A stretch of 64,000 nt of DNA from Narcine bancroftii (taxonomy: Eukaryota): positions 104,718,001 to 104,782,000 of the forward strand of contig NC_091476.1 of NCBI RefSeq assembly GCF_036971445.1, read 5' to 3'. This document shows, one piece after another, positions 1 through 13,410 of this stretch. Position numbers and translations under genes: made by a program. The number at the start of each line of letters is the position of its first letter. The first letter of the stretch is position 1. The notes beneath the pieces were generated by a model. It did not search any database. It was not told where the DNA came from and saw only the letters and a list, made by a program, of their open reading frames with translations.

Positions 1-727
1 TGCAGGCTCGTTTGTGGCTGACAAGTCCGATGCGGGACAGGCAGACACGGTTGCAGCGTTGCAAGGGAAAATTGGTTGGTTGGGGTTGGGTGTTGGGTTT
101 TTCCTCCTTTGTCTTTTGACAGTGAGGTGGGCTCTGCGGTCTTCTTCAAAGGAGGTTGCTGCCCGCTGAACTGTGAGGCGCCAAGATACACGGTTTGAGG
201 CGATATCAGCCCACTGGTGGTGGTCAATGGGGCAGGCACCAAGAGCTTTCTTTAGGCAGTCCTTGTACCTCTTCTTTGGTGCACCTCTGTCTCAGTGGCC
301 AGTGGAGAGCTCGCCATATACCACAACCTTGGGAATGCGATGATCCTCCATTCTGGAGATGTGACCTACCCAGCGCAGTTTGATCTTCAGCAGCGTGGAT
401 TCGATGCTGTCGGCCTCTGCCATCTCGAGTACTTCGATGTTGGAGATGAAGTTGCTCCAATGAATGTTGAGGATGGAGCGGAGACAACGCTGGTGGAAGC
501 GTTCTAGGAGTCGTAGGTGATGCCAGTAAAGGACCCATGATTCAGAGCCGAACAGGAGTGTGGGTATGACAATGGCTCTGTATATGCTAATCTTTGTGAG
601 GTTTTTCAGTTGGTTGTTTTTCCAGACTCTTTTGTGTAGTCTTCCAAATGCTCTATTTGCCTTGGCGAGTTTGTTGTCTATCTCGTTGTCGATCCTTGCA
701 TCCGATGAAATGAAACGAGATAGGTAT
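1..727 (-). mobile_element. RTE-clade LINE, 5'-truncated (RT C-terminal part and terminal Cys/His finger); runs off the window edge
   Basis: ORF 292-732 (AKANRAFGRL..IYRAIVIPTLLFGSESW..LRWVGHISRM..GEL). After a TGA the frame continues as DRGAPKKRYKDCLK...PNPNQPIFPC, then a frameshift into CLSRIGLVSHKRAC. Many CpGs intact, so relatively young. Confidence 0.9.
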
Positions 728-839
728 TTCATCTAACCTGTCAGCAAAGCATTTTTTTCTCAGTTATGAGTTTGTTGGCAACTCTTTCAATGAATCTGAG
801 GAAAGCATATCCAGCCCGGATGGATTCCTGGCCGAGTAC

Positions 840-2312
840 TAAAGATCAGCGCTGATCAACTTACCAAGGAATTCACCGATATCCTCAATATCTCACTCCA
901 GCTGGGCATGGTACCCACCCATTTCAAACAGGCATCAGTCATACTGGTGCCCAAGAAGAGTGCAGTAACCTGCCTTAACAACTATTGACCAGTGGCACTT
1001 TATACCAACAGTGATGAAGTGTTTTGAAAGGCTGGTGATGAAGCAGATCAGTAGTGACACGGATCCATTCGAGTTCGCCTATCACGACAACAGGTCTACC
1101 TATGGCAGATGTTATTTCACTGGCCCTACACAAAGTCCTGGAACATCTGGGCAGCAAAGATGCATTCATCAGGATGCTCTTTATCGACTACAGTTCGGCA
1201 TTTAACACTGTCATCCCCTCAAAACTGATTAGCAACTCCAAGACTTGAGAGTTAATACCCCACTCCATAATTGAATCATGGATTTCCTCATCTCCAGACC
1301 ACAATCAATGAAGATTGGTAAGAACTTCTCCTCCACAATCTCCATCAGTAGCGGAGTACCACAGGACAGCGTTCTTAGTTCCTGCTCTACTCACTTTTCA
1401 CCTATGACTGTGTGGCTTGGTTCAGCAATAACACCATCTATAAATTTGCCAATGATGTCACAGTAGTGGGTTGTATAAAAGATGGGGATGAGTCAGGATA
1501 CACGATGGAGATTGAAAACTTGACTGAATGGTGCACCGACAACAACATTGCATTCAATGTCACCAAAACTAAGGAGCTGATTGGAAAGGAAAGCTGAGGT
1601 ATACAATCCCGTGATCATTGGGGGATCAGAAGTGGAGAGGGTGAGCACATTTAGTTCTTGGGATTCACTATCTTGGAGGACCGAACACATCAATGGCATC
1701 GTAAAGAAACCTCATGGGCTTGTGGAGGTTTGGCATGACATCAGAAACAGTGGCAAATTTCTACAGATATATGATGGAAAGTGTGCTGACCAGCTGCATC
1801 ACGGATTGGTATGGGAACACCAACACTCCTGAGCGTAAAGTCCTCCAAAATGTAGAGGACACAGCCCAGGACATTACAGGCTAAATCTTCCCCACTATTG
1901 AGTATATCTACAGGGAACGCGGCCAACAGAGGGCAGCAGCATTCATCAAAGACCCACACCACCCACACATGGTCTGTTCTTGCTGCTGCCATCAGGAAAG
2001 AGCGTCACAAAACTTACACCACCAGGTTCAGGAACAATTGCTACCCCTCTACCATTATACTCCTCAACCACAAAAATTAACCAGAGACTAAATTAAGGAC
2101 TCTTGTGCACTTTATTATGTTTTTTGCTCTCCCTGTATTGCATAGTCAGTTTTTTGCATTCATTATCTGTTTACAGTTCTTTTCATGGTATACATGTTCA
2201 CGATGTGTACAGTTTAATTTTTGCACAACCAATTAACGCACCCGCAGGAAAAAGGAATCTCAGAGTTGTTTGTGTTGTCACGTATGTAATCTGACAATAA
2301 ATCTGAAATCTG
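840..2312 (+). mobile_element. Rex1/Babar-type LINE, degenerate RT plus 3' tail
   Basis: [53 protein letters not shown]. Ends with acaataaatctgaaatctga tail. Confidence 0.9.
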
Positions 2313-3385
2313 ATTTATTACAGCCTCTCCTTGTGGTAGCAAGTTTGACATTCTGACACATCTTCCAGATGTTTTATTTATGGGTTTTTACCCTAGTTTC
2401 TACTTTTCTCACATGGAAAGAACTTCTCTCTGTCTATGTGTTAAACCCTTTTAGAAATTTCAAAGACATTTTACATGCCCCAATATTTTCTTTCAAAGAC
2501 AAATAGAGTCTCAAGTGGTGAGCTTTTTTGCTAAGTTCTGCTAATACTCTTGTAAATCATTTTTGCATTTTTTCAATAAACTCTTTTTAGAATATGGTGG
2601 GAAGAAAGTCATGAATACAATTTGAAGTCAATACACTTAGAAGTTTATTGTCTCTTTGACCTCTAGAGGCATCAGAGTGAGTTGCAATTCTGTTATAGCT
2701 TGATGGTCCAACAGGAATTATTGAATGTCAATCTCAGATGGGAATCCTCTCTGTTTATGTGCATAGTCCAGCTTGATTTGAGAAGATTTAAAAATGAACA
2801 ATAAATCTTTTCTTCGGAGGGCTTGCTATGCTAACAAATTGCATTCCTAGAAAGACATTTAAAATGTGTTTCTATGGTGATAATGAAATTAGAACAGGTG
2901 ATCCTATGGGTTTTAGAATTATTAGCTTGTGTAAGATTAATCATAATCATTAAGCTATCCATACTTCCAAATGTATGGAAAATCGAGATAACTCCTGATC
3001 AAAATTAATAAAACAAAACAAATGGAAGAAGGTCACTGGAACTTTCAATCTCTAGGCCTAGTCAGTAAAAGGCCACATGCCATTTTATTATTGAATAGAT
3101 TTTTCCTGGGGCATAATTTATTCGCCAACAAACACCTTTAAAACCAGATTATCTGCTCGTTGCTCTTGGTGAGATCTTACTATGTGCCACACTTCCCAGA
3201 TTTTGAAGGCACTGTGCAGAGTGCTTTGACAGGACCTGGATGATGTTTGAGTTGAGGACTTGAATTTGTGAGAGAGGCTATGGAAATGCGATAATGTTGG
3301 TGAGCTGATCAACAGAATGTGCCCAGCACATGAAAAAGACAGTTGTATGTTGGGATATCTCAGGAGGAGACGGGGAATTATTGCT

Positions 3386-3962
3386 CAGGAGTTTGGTATG
3401 ACATCGGAAACCCTGACAAATTTCTACAGGTGTGTGGTGGACAATGTGCTGACCGGTTGCATCACGGTCAGTATAGGGATACCAAATACCCCTGAGTGTA
3501 GAGCCCTACAAAAGGGTAATGGACACAGGCTAGGACATGGTAGGTAAAGCCCTCCCCACCATCAGGAACATCTACATGGAACGCTACTGTCAGCGAGCAG
3601 CAGCAATCATCAGGGATCCACAACACCTGGCACTCGCTTGGTGTTCACTGCTACTATCAGGAAAGAGACTCACACTCTCAAGTTCAGGAACAGCTGCTAC
3701 CCCTCCACCATCAAACTCCTCAACATCAAACTCAATCAAGGACTTATTTAAGGAGTCTTATTTTTGCACTTTATTGATTTTTTTCTGCCTCTGTATTGCA
3801 CAGCCTGTTTGTTTACATTTCTTTATTTGTTTTCATGTATACATTAAGTCAGTTTTTATTTGCACTGCCAATAAGTGGCAATTCTGCCTCACCTGCAGGA
3901 AAAAGAATCTCAGGGTTGTATGTGATGTCATGCATGTACTCTGACAATAAATCTGAAATCTC
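3386..3962 (+). mobile_element. Rex1/Babar-type LINE 3' fragment
   Basis: FGMTSETLTNFYRCVVDNVLTGCIT; same 3' end (cctgcaggaaaaagaatctcagggttgta...aataaatctgaaatc) as 840-2312. Confidence 0.88.
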
Positions 3963-5838
3963 TATTCCAATTTCTGGGATTTATTGGACCTATTTAAAAA
4001 CGAGGGCATGTAATTAAATGGGCAAGTCCTGTAATTGTTCTCATAGTTGGTCCTTCTCGGCACTGTTCTAGCTGACAGGGAGTCACCCTGTACAGAGCCA
4101 AGACAATCATATATTTAGTTCTGCAAGTGTAGTATCCAGAGATGGAGCCGGCAGCAATTCAATGAGAATTTTCAAGATGACAATTTAATTAAAAAGAATT
4201 GATTCGTGAGAACATTAGTGCCTAACATTGCCTGAGTGGTTTCTTTAATTGGAAGCAGAGCTCAGGTCATGAAGACTCTGTTAACTAAGGGCAATGGTAA
4301 CTTGGTTTGACTCAGTCCACAGCTGCATTAAGAAGGATGAACTGTTGTAGGGACGGGCAGTCCATCACAAACCAAGTTCAGGCTTTCAGGAACTCATTGA
4401 CGTTCCTGTAAAATTGAACAAACAGTCTCAGGAGAGCAGCAAAATTAGAGTTAGAGGTGCAGGTCGCACGTGCCCCTTGATTACCCACTTCTTATTTCCT
4501 TGACTGGAGTAATCTGAATGAATGTTTTATCTTCCAGTAGTCCATGCCTAATGACCAAATATGGATGCCCAAACTTTATAGCCTGCACCACAGTCACTGT
4601 AAGACAAGCATGCACAGAGAAATCCAGCAGGGGAGTTCTCTCAGAACAATGTAAATGACCATACAGCCCAGCAGCAAACAAAACGCGACAAACTATGTAT
4701 AAGGAGCTGGCAGTTGGAAAACAGGCCCAGACTTGGTGATGTTGACTGCAGGGAAGACTCTTTGTTTCTTAACATGCATGGCCAGATGTGGTCAATCTAG
4801 CTGTGGCTTGCCAGGAATTGGCATTAGTCTGACAAGTGAATTGCTGAATAGGAGATCATTCAACCAGACATACTTGTTCACTGAAAGGATTCTGCAATTA
4901 TTCTCTTTGATTTCCTTTTTCTCCATGAACATGATTATTTCCTTTTTGTTTGCGTTTATCAAATATCATTGGAAAACTTCTGTTGAATCTGCTTCCACTA
5001 CTCCTTCAAACAATGCATTCCGAAACATAATAATCTGCTGCATAAAAACAGCTCTGTCTCTTTTCAGTACTTTTCAAGCCTTATGTGGCTTTAGTGATTG
5101 GCCACTGCTGAAGTTATTGATCTGCTTCTGTAGTGATGACCAGTTTCCTTCAGACGTTTTGTCAAATGTCTTAAATCCTATATCCTGGGAGATTGGGTGT
5201 TGTGCTACCAAAGGTAGGTTTGGATGGGCTCCTCTTTGTCCACAAGTGGAACTGGAAAGTTTGGACTTGATTCTTCCCTATTCCCTTCTATTTTCTACTC
5301 TGGGAAATTTATTTCAGGGGAATTAATGGCAAAACTCAGATTAAATTTGTACAAGCTCCCACTAACAATGTTATTACTTCTTGCAAGCAGGTTAGTTTCT
5401 CACCCCATATCTCTGCCCCATTAAAATCCAATATGAAGTCGGTTGTGATTTGGATATCTGAAAAGTTTAATATTGACTATCTCCCCTCCCCACACATCTT
5501 TCCAAACTTTCTCCAGTGGCATTCCAGGGGAAGTTCTTAAATCTCATCCAGTGTCTCTGTTACGAAGGGAATTGCAGGAAGGGCCAGTGCTAGTTTCAAA
5601 CAGGCAATGATGTAGTGATGATAGGATGAGTCAACTGTGACGGTGATGTCCAGAACCATGAGGGGTAGGGAGGGGTAGAATAGCAACAACAGTTGATTGT
5701 GGTGGTATGGAAGGATGCATTGGTTACAAAGGTAGAGAGTCAATGGAGAATCCCTTGTCGATCAGAAACCTAATATTAAATTGATCCGGAACCAAGTCAC
5801 ACGCTCTGGTACAGTTTTGCAACCAAATTTACATTTAT

Positions 5839-5873
<35 letters not shown>

Positions 5874-6264
5874 AACCTTTCTTTCCCCACTCCCCTTCCT
5901 AATGGTTTTTATCTATCTCTCCACCTTTCGCACCTTCTTTGCTATATCTTAGGCCTCTCCCTCAGCTTCTTTCTCCTTTATTTATATAATTCCACCTATT
6001 CTATCTTGGCCTTTATAAGATGTCTGACCCAAAATGCTGACGGACTATATCTACTCATGAATGCTGTCTGACCTGAGAAGTTCCTTTAGCAATTATTTGT
6101 CTACTCAAGTTTACAATTATTCTGTTATGCAGAATTCAGGCATAATTCAACACAATTAGACAGGTTTCCAGCTACTCAAAATAAGGTTAGATGATCTACG
6201 CTCTCCTGTGTAATATATAACGGACATGTCATAATATAGTATATAGACGCAATCAAAACACAAA

Positions 6265-7040
6265 TTCTACAGACCCCATGAATGAAGTAAAAACATCAAT
6301 GGTTTCTACTAGCCTACTCCCTATTCTCTCCCTCTTCCCCATTACTGTTTACTTTCCTCTAGCTTTCCACCACTTTCCCTTCCCTCTCCACAGAGCCATA
6401 CCCCCTCTTCATGTTAGCAGTTGGGCCCTCCCTCCCTTATCCACCTACAGGTACACGATCCTTTATCTGGACTTCTAAAATCCGGAAAGCTCCAAAATCC
6501 GGTAAGTGGGGAGTGAGGCGCCCGGCACTTGGGGGAGGAGGCTGAGGGACCGGTGCTTGGGGGAGGTGGCCGAGGGACCAGTGCTTGGGGAAGGTGGCCA
6601 AGGGACTGGTGCTTGGGGGAGGTGGCTGGGCGGCTGGCACTTGGGGGAGGCAGCCTGGCAGCTGAGGGACTGGCGCTTGGGGGGAGGCAGCCGAGGGACC
6701 GACAGTTGGGGGAGATGGCCGGGCGACTGGAAGGGGATGGGGGTGAATATGGCAGCACAATTCGGGTGGGCTTTCTGAAATCTGGAAAAATCCGAAATTC
6801 GGAACACACTGTCCCCCAAAGGTTCCGGATAAAGGATCGTGTACCTGTATAAGCGCCAGCCTTTGGGACTATGCTCCTTCCCTTACCCCTCCCCCCACCA
6901 TTTTGTTAGGTGCTTGCCTACATTTTGTCTATACCTCGATGAAAGGCTCAAATACGAAACCTTGGTTACGTATCTTTCTCCTTGCTATATGAACTACATT
7001 GTTTGAACTGCGGAGTTTCTCCAGCATTGTATTTTTACTT
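6265..7040 (+). mobile_element. Penelope-like 3' end/pLTR fragment interrupted by a MITE
   Basis: Pyrimidine-rich segment then gatgaaaggctcaaatacgaaac...ctgcggagtttctccagcattgt, shared with the 41000-41450 and 62255-62830 copies. Confidence 0.7.
6448..6847. mobile_element. Tc1/mariner(pogo/Tigger)-type MITE with internal G-rich minisatellite
   Basis: TA|CAGGTACACGATCCTTTATC...GATAAAGGATCGTGTACCTG|TA: 20-bp perfect TIR and TA TSD. Interior of about 7 units like GCTTGGGGGAGGTGGCCGAGGGACC. Confidence 0.92.
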
Positions 7041-7369
7041 TTTAGTATGCAGGCACGCTGTAATTGTGGAAACAGATGTCTTATAGTACAACGTAGACTC
7101 TCCCAAACCTAATAACATAATGATACCACAGACCTGTTGTAACACAGCATTATAAGCCTCCTACATCAGTTCTCAGCATGTAGAGCACCGTACAAACTCC
7201 TATAACAAACTTACTAGTGTGCCAACTCAAATAACCTAGAATTCAGAACTCTAGCAATACAGAACACAGGAAGTTTATAGACATTTAACAAAGAATAGAA
7301 GATGGCCAATAATAGTGTTGGGAGGACACTACAGAACTGCAAACAGTCCACGGGAGAGAGAGAAAAGCG

Positions 7370-8130
7370 AACATAGTAAAAGTTCCAAGGGCAGTAATGG
7401 TTGGAAATTTCAATCACCTCAATTGTAACTGGAGGGGAATTAATGTAAAAGGAGCAGAGGACACAGTTCCCAAACTGTTGGCCAGAGAGCTTTTGCAGCA
7501 GTGTCCAGCAACAAGAGAGGCATTTCTGGATTTAGTTTTAAGGAATGAAGTGGAAGAAAAATCAGTGGGAGGAATTTTGTGTCAGTGATCATAATTCCAT
7601 TATACTATGGGAAAAGATAAAAATAAAATAGGAGTAAAATTTTTTAATCAGAAAAAAGTCAAATTTCATTGGACTGAGGAGGGAGTTGCAAAAATGAATT
7701 GGTTTGAAAACGGGTAGATGAAACTTGATCAGCCTTGCGGTAATGGAAGCGTTAAATAAAGAGAAAGCGTTAAATAAAGAGATTCAATTTCAGCAGTTTG
7801 TTCCAATAAAGAAAAAAGTTGCCACCAAATATAGAACACTGCAATGACTAAGAAAGTAAGATCAGCAAAATAGAGAAGCATATGTCAGTCGCTGCAAGGT
7901 TCATACAAACGGGAAATCTTGGATGCAAATGGAAAGTGTAAGGTTGAAAAAAAAAAGGGCATAAGCATGTTTTAAATAAGCTTTTGACATTATTTTTTCG
8001 GATCTGAGCATCAGATTTAAACAGATGTGGATGCACTTGAAGGAACGTGATCTGCAAGGCTACAAACCAAGTGCAGGAGACCAAAACGGACTTGATGTGC
8101 CAAATAACCTCCTTCTGCCACATATTCTAT
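7370..8130 (+). mobile_element. Old CR1 LINE fragments (APE endonuclease region and 3' end)
   Basis: VMVGNFNHLNCNW, PATREAFLDLVLRNE. Confidence 0.7.
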
Positions 8131-9589
8131 CCAATTTAACCCTCAGTAACATAGAATACAGATACCTATTTAATAGAGTATCATTTATACAGCGTAATCC
8201 CATCTAATAGTATGCAGACACCCTTTCCCTGAGGAATAGTGTGGAGACATGAGTTCAACAGACAATATAGAGGGAGCTAAGTAGCAGGATATAAGGACCT
8301 TCTTTATGTTTGCATCTAGAATTCAGGAATGCAGCTTAGAATTTCTATTCAAATAGGGTTTGGAAGATTTTTATGACAGCATCTGACTTTACAGCAACAC
8401 TTTTCATTAACTTAACAACTGTACAAGTGTAAAAGGACCCAGCATGCATCTTATTGGCTAAATGGCTCCAGCTGTCATAATAAGTAGGAACATTGTGTTT
8501 CATGTCAGTGCCTCCAGATTTACTTATAATATCAACCATATAAGGAGATAGTTGGACTCATGAGGGAAAGCTTGGTAAATGAGGTAGATTTTAAGGTAGA
8601 GTATTAATTAACTAAGGTGAAGAAGTGATGAATTTTAAGAAAGGAATGAATGAAAGTCAGTCTGAAAACAATTTTCAGTCCATCCTGAAACCAGTTTTTA
8701 AAATCCTAATTCTCATGAAGACAATTTCTGGGCTAGATGAAAAATCCCTCTGACAATATTTTAGTATTCCTCATAGTCATTTTCATATTGTTTAGACGGC
8801 GGAGCAATTTACATTGAAGGTGATAAGTTTAGTGTTTCCTCTGTGTCCGAGCTACGAGGAAAGAAGACAGTAAAATTTCCTTAAAATATTGTATCAGTCT
8901 TGCATTACTGTTCAGACAGCAGCGTTTGGAGCTGAGTTAAATATCTGCAAACACGGCTTTTCTCATTGACATCTTCCAAAGGTTTTAAAAAAATTTTGCA
9001 GTGAGGCTGCCTTGATTTAAGTGAATTAATGAGAAAGTGAGAGATTGCTCAGTCAAGCATCCTCTGCAAATAAGACTCATCCACTAGCTTTAATGACAAT
9101 GGCATGATAATTTTTTTAAATATGCGAGTACACACACACACACACACACATACTAGATTGTGTACACTTTTATCTGCAATATGTGCTGATGTAAGGAGGA
9201 AATGCACATGTGACGATAGTGGTGCAACATATATTGGACGAGGCCGATGCTACACGAGAGAGTGGGTGCATGATGAAGAAACATGCTTACTGTGCATGCG
9301 AAAGCAAAGCTCAGGCTCACTCCCGTGGTTCTTTGGCAACCGTACCTGCATCTCAGAGAAACCCTTCGCCAGGCCTGAAACTTCGACTATCATTTGCATG
9401 TTCCTCTGATTTCCTCTGGTATTTCATTTGTTTCTCCATTTTTCCAGCATCTGCAGTCTCTCTTACCAACATCTTTCTTGGGGTCCATTGTGGGAGGCTT
9501 TCATAGGTTCAGCAAGAGATCAGATAACTGATAAGCACACAAAAGTGCTAGGGAAACTCATCTGGCCACGCAACGTTCAGAGGAGGCAA

Positions 9590-10085
9590 GGATATATAAC
9601 CAACATTTCGGGCCTAAGCCCTTTGTCAAGGTATGAGCAAAAATCTAAATAGAAAGGTAGGGGGTTGGGGGAGGAGCACAGGCCAACATTCAGGAGACCA
9701 CAGGTGAATGCGGATCGGAGGACAGGAGAAAAAAGCTGAGAATTGATCAGGGGAGGGGAGGAGCTCTGTGAATGCAGAAGTTGGGGAGAGGGGGTGGAAT
9801 GGAAACCAGAGAGTTGATGTAAATGCCATCTGGTCGGAGGGTGCCCACATGGAATATGAGGTATTGTTCCTCCAATTTGTAGGTGATCTCATTTGGGCAG
9901 TATAACGCTATGTCAGCATGGGAATGGGGCAGGGAATTGAAATTGGTTGCCACTGCTATTACGGTTGTCAGAGTGAAGGTGTTCAACGAAGTGATACCCG
10001 AGTCTGCTCGCAGTCTCTCTGATGTAAAGGAGGTCGCATCGGGAGCACCAGTTGCAGTAGATGACCCCTGCAGATTCACAAATGT
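9590..10085 (-). mobile_element. Penelope-like element 3' part (GIY-YIG endonuclease remnant)
   Basis: Minus frame GVIYCNWCSRCDLLYIRETASRLGYHFVEHLHS and KLEEQYLIFHVGTLRPDGIYI, then a pLTR-like end. Confidence 0.85.
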
Positions 10086-10401
10086 TGCTTCACTTAGAAG
10101 GGCTGTGTGTGTGGGCCCCAAACCAGATAACTGATCATTATTTAGGTGAGTCTAATATTTTTTGGGAGCACACACGGTTCTCTGAGCACCCTGATGCTGT
10201 CTCGAGGTGTCCGTGCTGTGTTGATGTGGTATCCTGAGATCACAGTTACATTCCAATGACCAGTTTACCTCAAAGCAGCGATCATTACTTCCAGCAGAGA
10301 AGCATTGCTTTAAACCTTTTGATCATGGTGGAATGTAGCTCATTAGTTCACAATTCATAAATAATTCCCCAAATTCCTAGCTATTGGCATCTGCAGTAGA
10401 A

Positions 10402-10666
10402 GGGGGTGGTACGGTTGGCGTAGCGGTTAGCAGAACGCCTTTACAGCGCCAGCAATTGGGACCGGAGTTTGAATTCTGCGCTGTCTGTCAGGAGTTGGTA
10501 AATTCTCCCTGTGTCTGTGTGGGTATTCCCTGGGGGCTCCAGTTTCCTCCCACCATTTGAAATGTACTGGGGGCTGTAGGATAATCAGGTGTAAATTGAG
10601 TGGCGTGGACCTTTAAGGCTGAAATGCCCTGTAACCATGCTGGATGTCTAAATTTAAAAATTAAAA
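10402..10666 (+). mobile_element. tRNA-derived V-SINE (HE1-like), full length
   Basis: tRNA-like head (ggttggcgtagcggttagc...gtttgaattc), V-core ttctccctgtgtctgtgtgggt...gctccagtttcctcccac, and an AT-rich taaatttaaa tail. Confidence 0.85.
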
Positions 10667-11504
10667 GTCAGTAATTGCAAAGCACATTCATGAAAATTGT
10701 CCTCCTGCCTGCACTGTGAAATTTGCCATGAACAGGATTATTTTAGCCCTTGCATGCACATCAATGTGAATGTTTAGGTCAGAGAGGTTAACACTGGGAA
10801 AGTACTGGGAAATCCAAGTTACTGAGATGTCACAATTATAGGAAATAAAAGATTGTGGGATACGTCCCTTAAATTGAAAAGGACGTCTCATGGATGCAGA
10901 AGTGAGGGACTCCCTTTAGCTCCCGAATCACCCAGGGTTAAGTTCAAAATTTTGGAAAAATCGAGACACACAACCTGATTAGTTCAATTGATAATGTACC
11001 TTGCAGAAGCAGATTGATTGATTGTTATCTCTTGCTTTTACTTCCAGGTATTAAGTGAATATATCAGTGGGTTAGTTTTAATATTTCAACATCCGGAGCT
11101 AAATCTGCCAAATTTTAAACCTGAAAAATCCCCCTCGTTGAATAGGATATTGAGTAAAGTTAGACATGTCTGCAATATGTAATCTTATTCTAAATTAATC
11201 GAAAACTTGACTGAACAGTCTGGAATTTGGAATTCTCTTTGTACTTCTACAAAAAAATTCATCATTCAAAATTTACAGAGTTCAATTTACATGACAGGGG
11301 ACATGCATTCAAAAGGTGTAAAGGACACTGAATACTCAAAGAATTAAAACACATTTGTAGTACGAGGTTGACAACAGAGTGTGACACAGGTTTGAGTTGT
11401 TGCACCTTAAAGGTCTAATGAATAGGATAAAATCTTCAAGCAATCATACCAAACAAAACAAGAGAACTTTTTTACAACATTTAACAATGCAAAACAAAAG
11501 TTAC

Positions 11505-11735
11505 ATCAAGTGATCAATAACCAGTGTATCGTGTAGTTAATAACCATGTTGGATGATCAATAACATATGATTATTAATGCCATAAACAAATAAATTATGT
11601 TATTGATAACTATGTTGCCTGATTACTAACCGCGTCATTTGATTATAGATCAGCGTGTTGGATGCTCACCAGCTGTGCTAGGGTAACTCTGGCCTGTGAC
11701 CACTAACCATGTGGCAGGATTACTAACCAGTTGTC
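11505..11735. repeat. Diverged ~20-bp minisatellite (TGATYAMTAACCATGTTGGA-like)
   Basis: Recurring gatcaataacc / gttaataacc / gattactaacc / gaccactaacc units. Confidence 0.6.
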
Positions 11736-12614
11736 AACTCAATTTGTCTTAGAAGTGTGTCCCAGGTGAAGCAGTGACAGAGACCAATGCACCTTCAGTG
11801 TGTGTTGCACACAAACTGCAGAAACAATAGAGACTACTAGTGCTTAGAATTGGAACCACTTGCATCTATTTCTATGTGTCAGTCCCAAGTTGTCATGGCC
11901 TATGTTTTCCCGGCATCACTCGCACACGGCTTTGCCAATTTGGAGCTATAATGTACAGCCTATATTTTTTTCAAATTACTCCCCGTAAAACAAGGCTGGA
12001 ACCCTTCAGCAAGTTGGCTAGGAGACGTGAATTGTAGAGTCCCAGTTAAGACATCACTATGTGGCTGCCCACATGTGTCTGCCTGAGGTTTTGATCCTGT
12101 GCATACTTGTAACATTATTGCTGGGTCTCACAGTACTTATTGTAGATTTGCAAAACCATGCACAGCGCAAAGTGCTCCTGTCTGCTGAATAATGAGCTGG
12201 TATTCACAGCGATCTGGGGCCACTTGCGGCACAGGATTCAATTTGTGAGGATGATTGCGGAGACTGAAGTCATGTCTCCTTTCCCATGTTTACTCTCACC
12301 TCCATCCCAGCTTTTTAAGCTGCAATACGAGCATTGATATTTTTCATGGCGTGCCACAATTTCCAGTAGCAAAGATGCAACAGAATGAATGAGTGTGAAT
12401 GCACCTTTAAGAACAATATGTAGCTTGTGAAAAGACTCAGGCTATATGCTAGTTGAGTATTGATTACCTTCAGTCAAGGATGTATTGCCAGCAGTTCAGC
12501 CCTTGATACCCACCTTGAGGATTGGCAGCCCAAATAAGCCAATGGACACTACACTCACAACAACTTTGGGATGTTACTTCTTGAAGGATGAGCAGAGCAG
12601 TGAGAATCCAAAAT

Positions 12615-12808
12615 AGTGCAGATGTATAAAATCTGAAATTAAAAAAAGCTGGAAACATTCCACAGGTCAGGCAGTATCTGAAGAAAAAGAAACAGCTTAT
12701 GTTTCAGGCCAAAGGGTTTAATGATGGGCCTTTGACCCAAAAATTAACTCTTTCTCTGTCGACAGATGCAGTTTGACCTGCTAGGTGTTTCTAACCTTTC
12801 TTGTTTTG
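12615..12808. mobile_element. Penelope-derived foldback (inverted pLTR ends)
   Basis: caggtcaggcagtatctg...ggccaaagg mirrored by cctttgacc...cagatgcagtttgacctg. Confidence 0.65.
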
Positions 12809-13059
12809 AGGCGAGGCGATCAATAATGTGCTTCATCACAGAGGAGTGATGATGGGAGGCAGTGGGCAGAGCAAATATATCGGCAAGTTTGAGAAATAAA
12901 AGGTCACAGGCTTTGTCGGTGTGTGGAGATAGTCGGAATGTTTCTGAGAGCAAATAGCTTTCTCAAGGTCAAGGAAAGGATACAGATTAGGACAAGGAGG
13001 ACACATGCAGGAAGAAAAGATGATCTTGCTGGTAGTAGAACCCAAGATAATGAGACGTT

Positions 13060-13410
13060 CATGAGTTTACAACCTATGGATAAAATCCTTTACAAGGATA
13101 TCAAAAATCATTGAAAGTGAGCAGAATGGAGTAGATAGATTTCTTATTTTTCTTTTTTAAGTATCAAAAATAAGGAAGCATTGTTTGAAGGTGTGAAGGG
13201 TTTTACAGGGCATTTGAGAGGAGATGGCAGAGTTAGATACAATCAGCATATTCAAGAGACATTTAGACAGGCACTTAAAAAGGCAAGGCAAAGAAAGATA
13301 CAGACCTAATGGGGGAAAATAGGATTCATATAGATGGGGAAAAGTAAGTCAGGATGAATGTGGAGGTGGACTAAAGGGTCTGTATCTGTGCTGTACAACT
13401 TTGTGGCTTT
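13060..13410 (+). mobile_element. CR1 LINE 3' end, degenerate
   Basis: atttagacaggcactt...ggactaaagggtctgtatctgtgctgtacaact, typical CR1 3' UTR. Confidence 0.7.

Noticed and set aside
4733-5326. 197-aa ORF
   Set aside because: No recognisable domain, non-ATG start, composition typical of AT-rich non-coding DNA with old repeat remnants.
6414-6852. Several overlapping Pro/Gly-rich ORFs
   Set aside because: Artefact of the GC-rich minisatellite inside the MITE.
9104-9506. Cys-rich ORFs
   Set aside because: No domain pattern or convincing splice sites; one frame runs through a (CA)n repeat.
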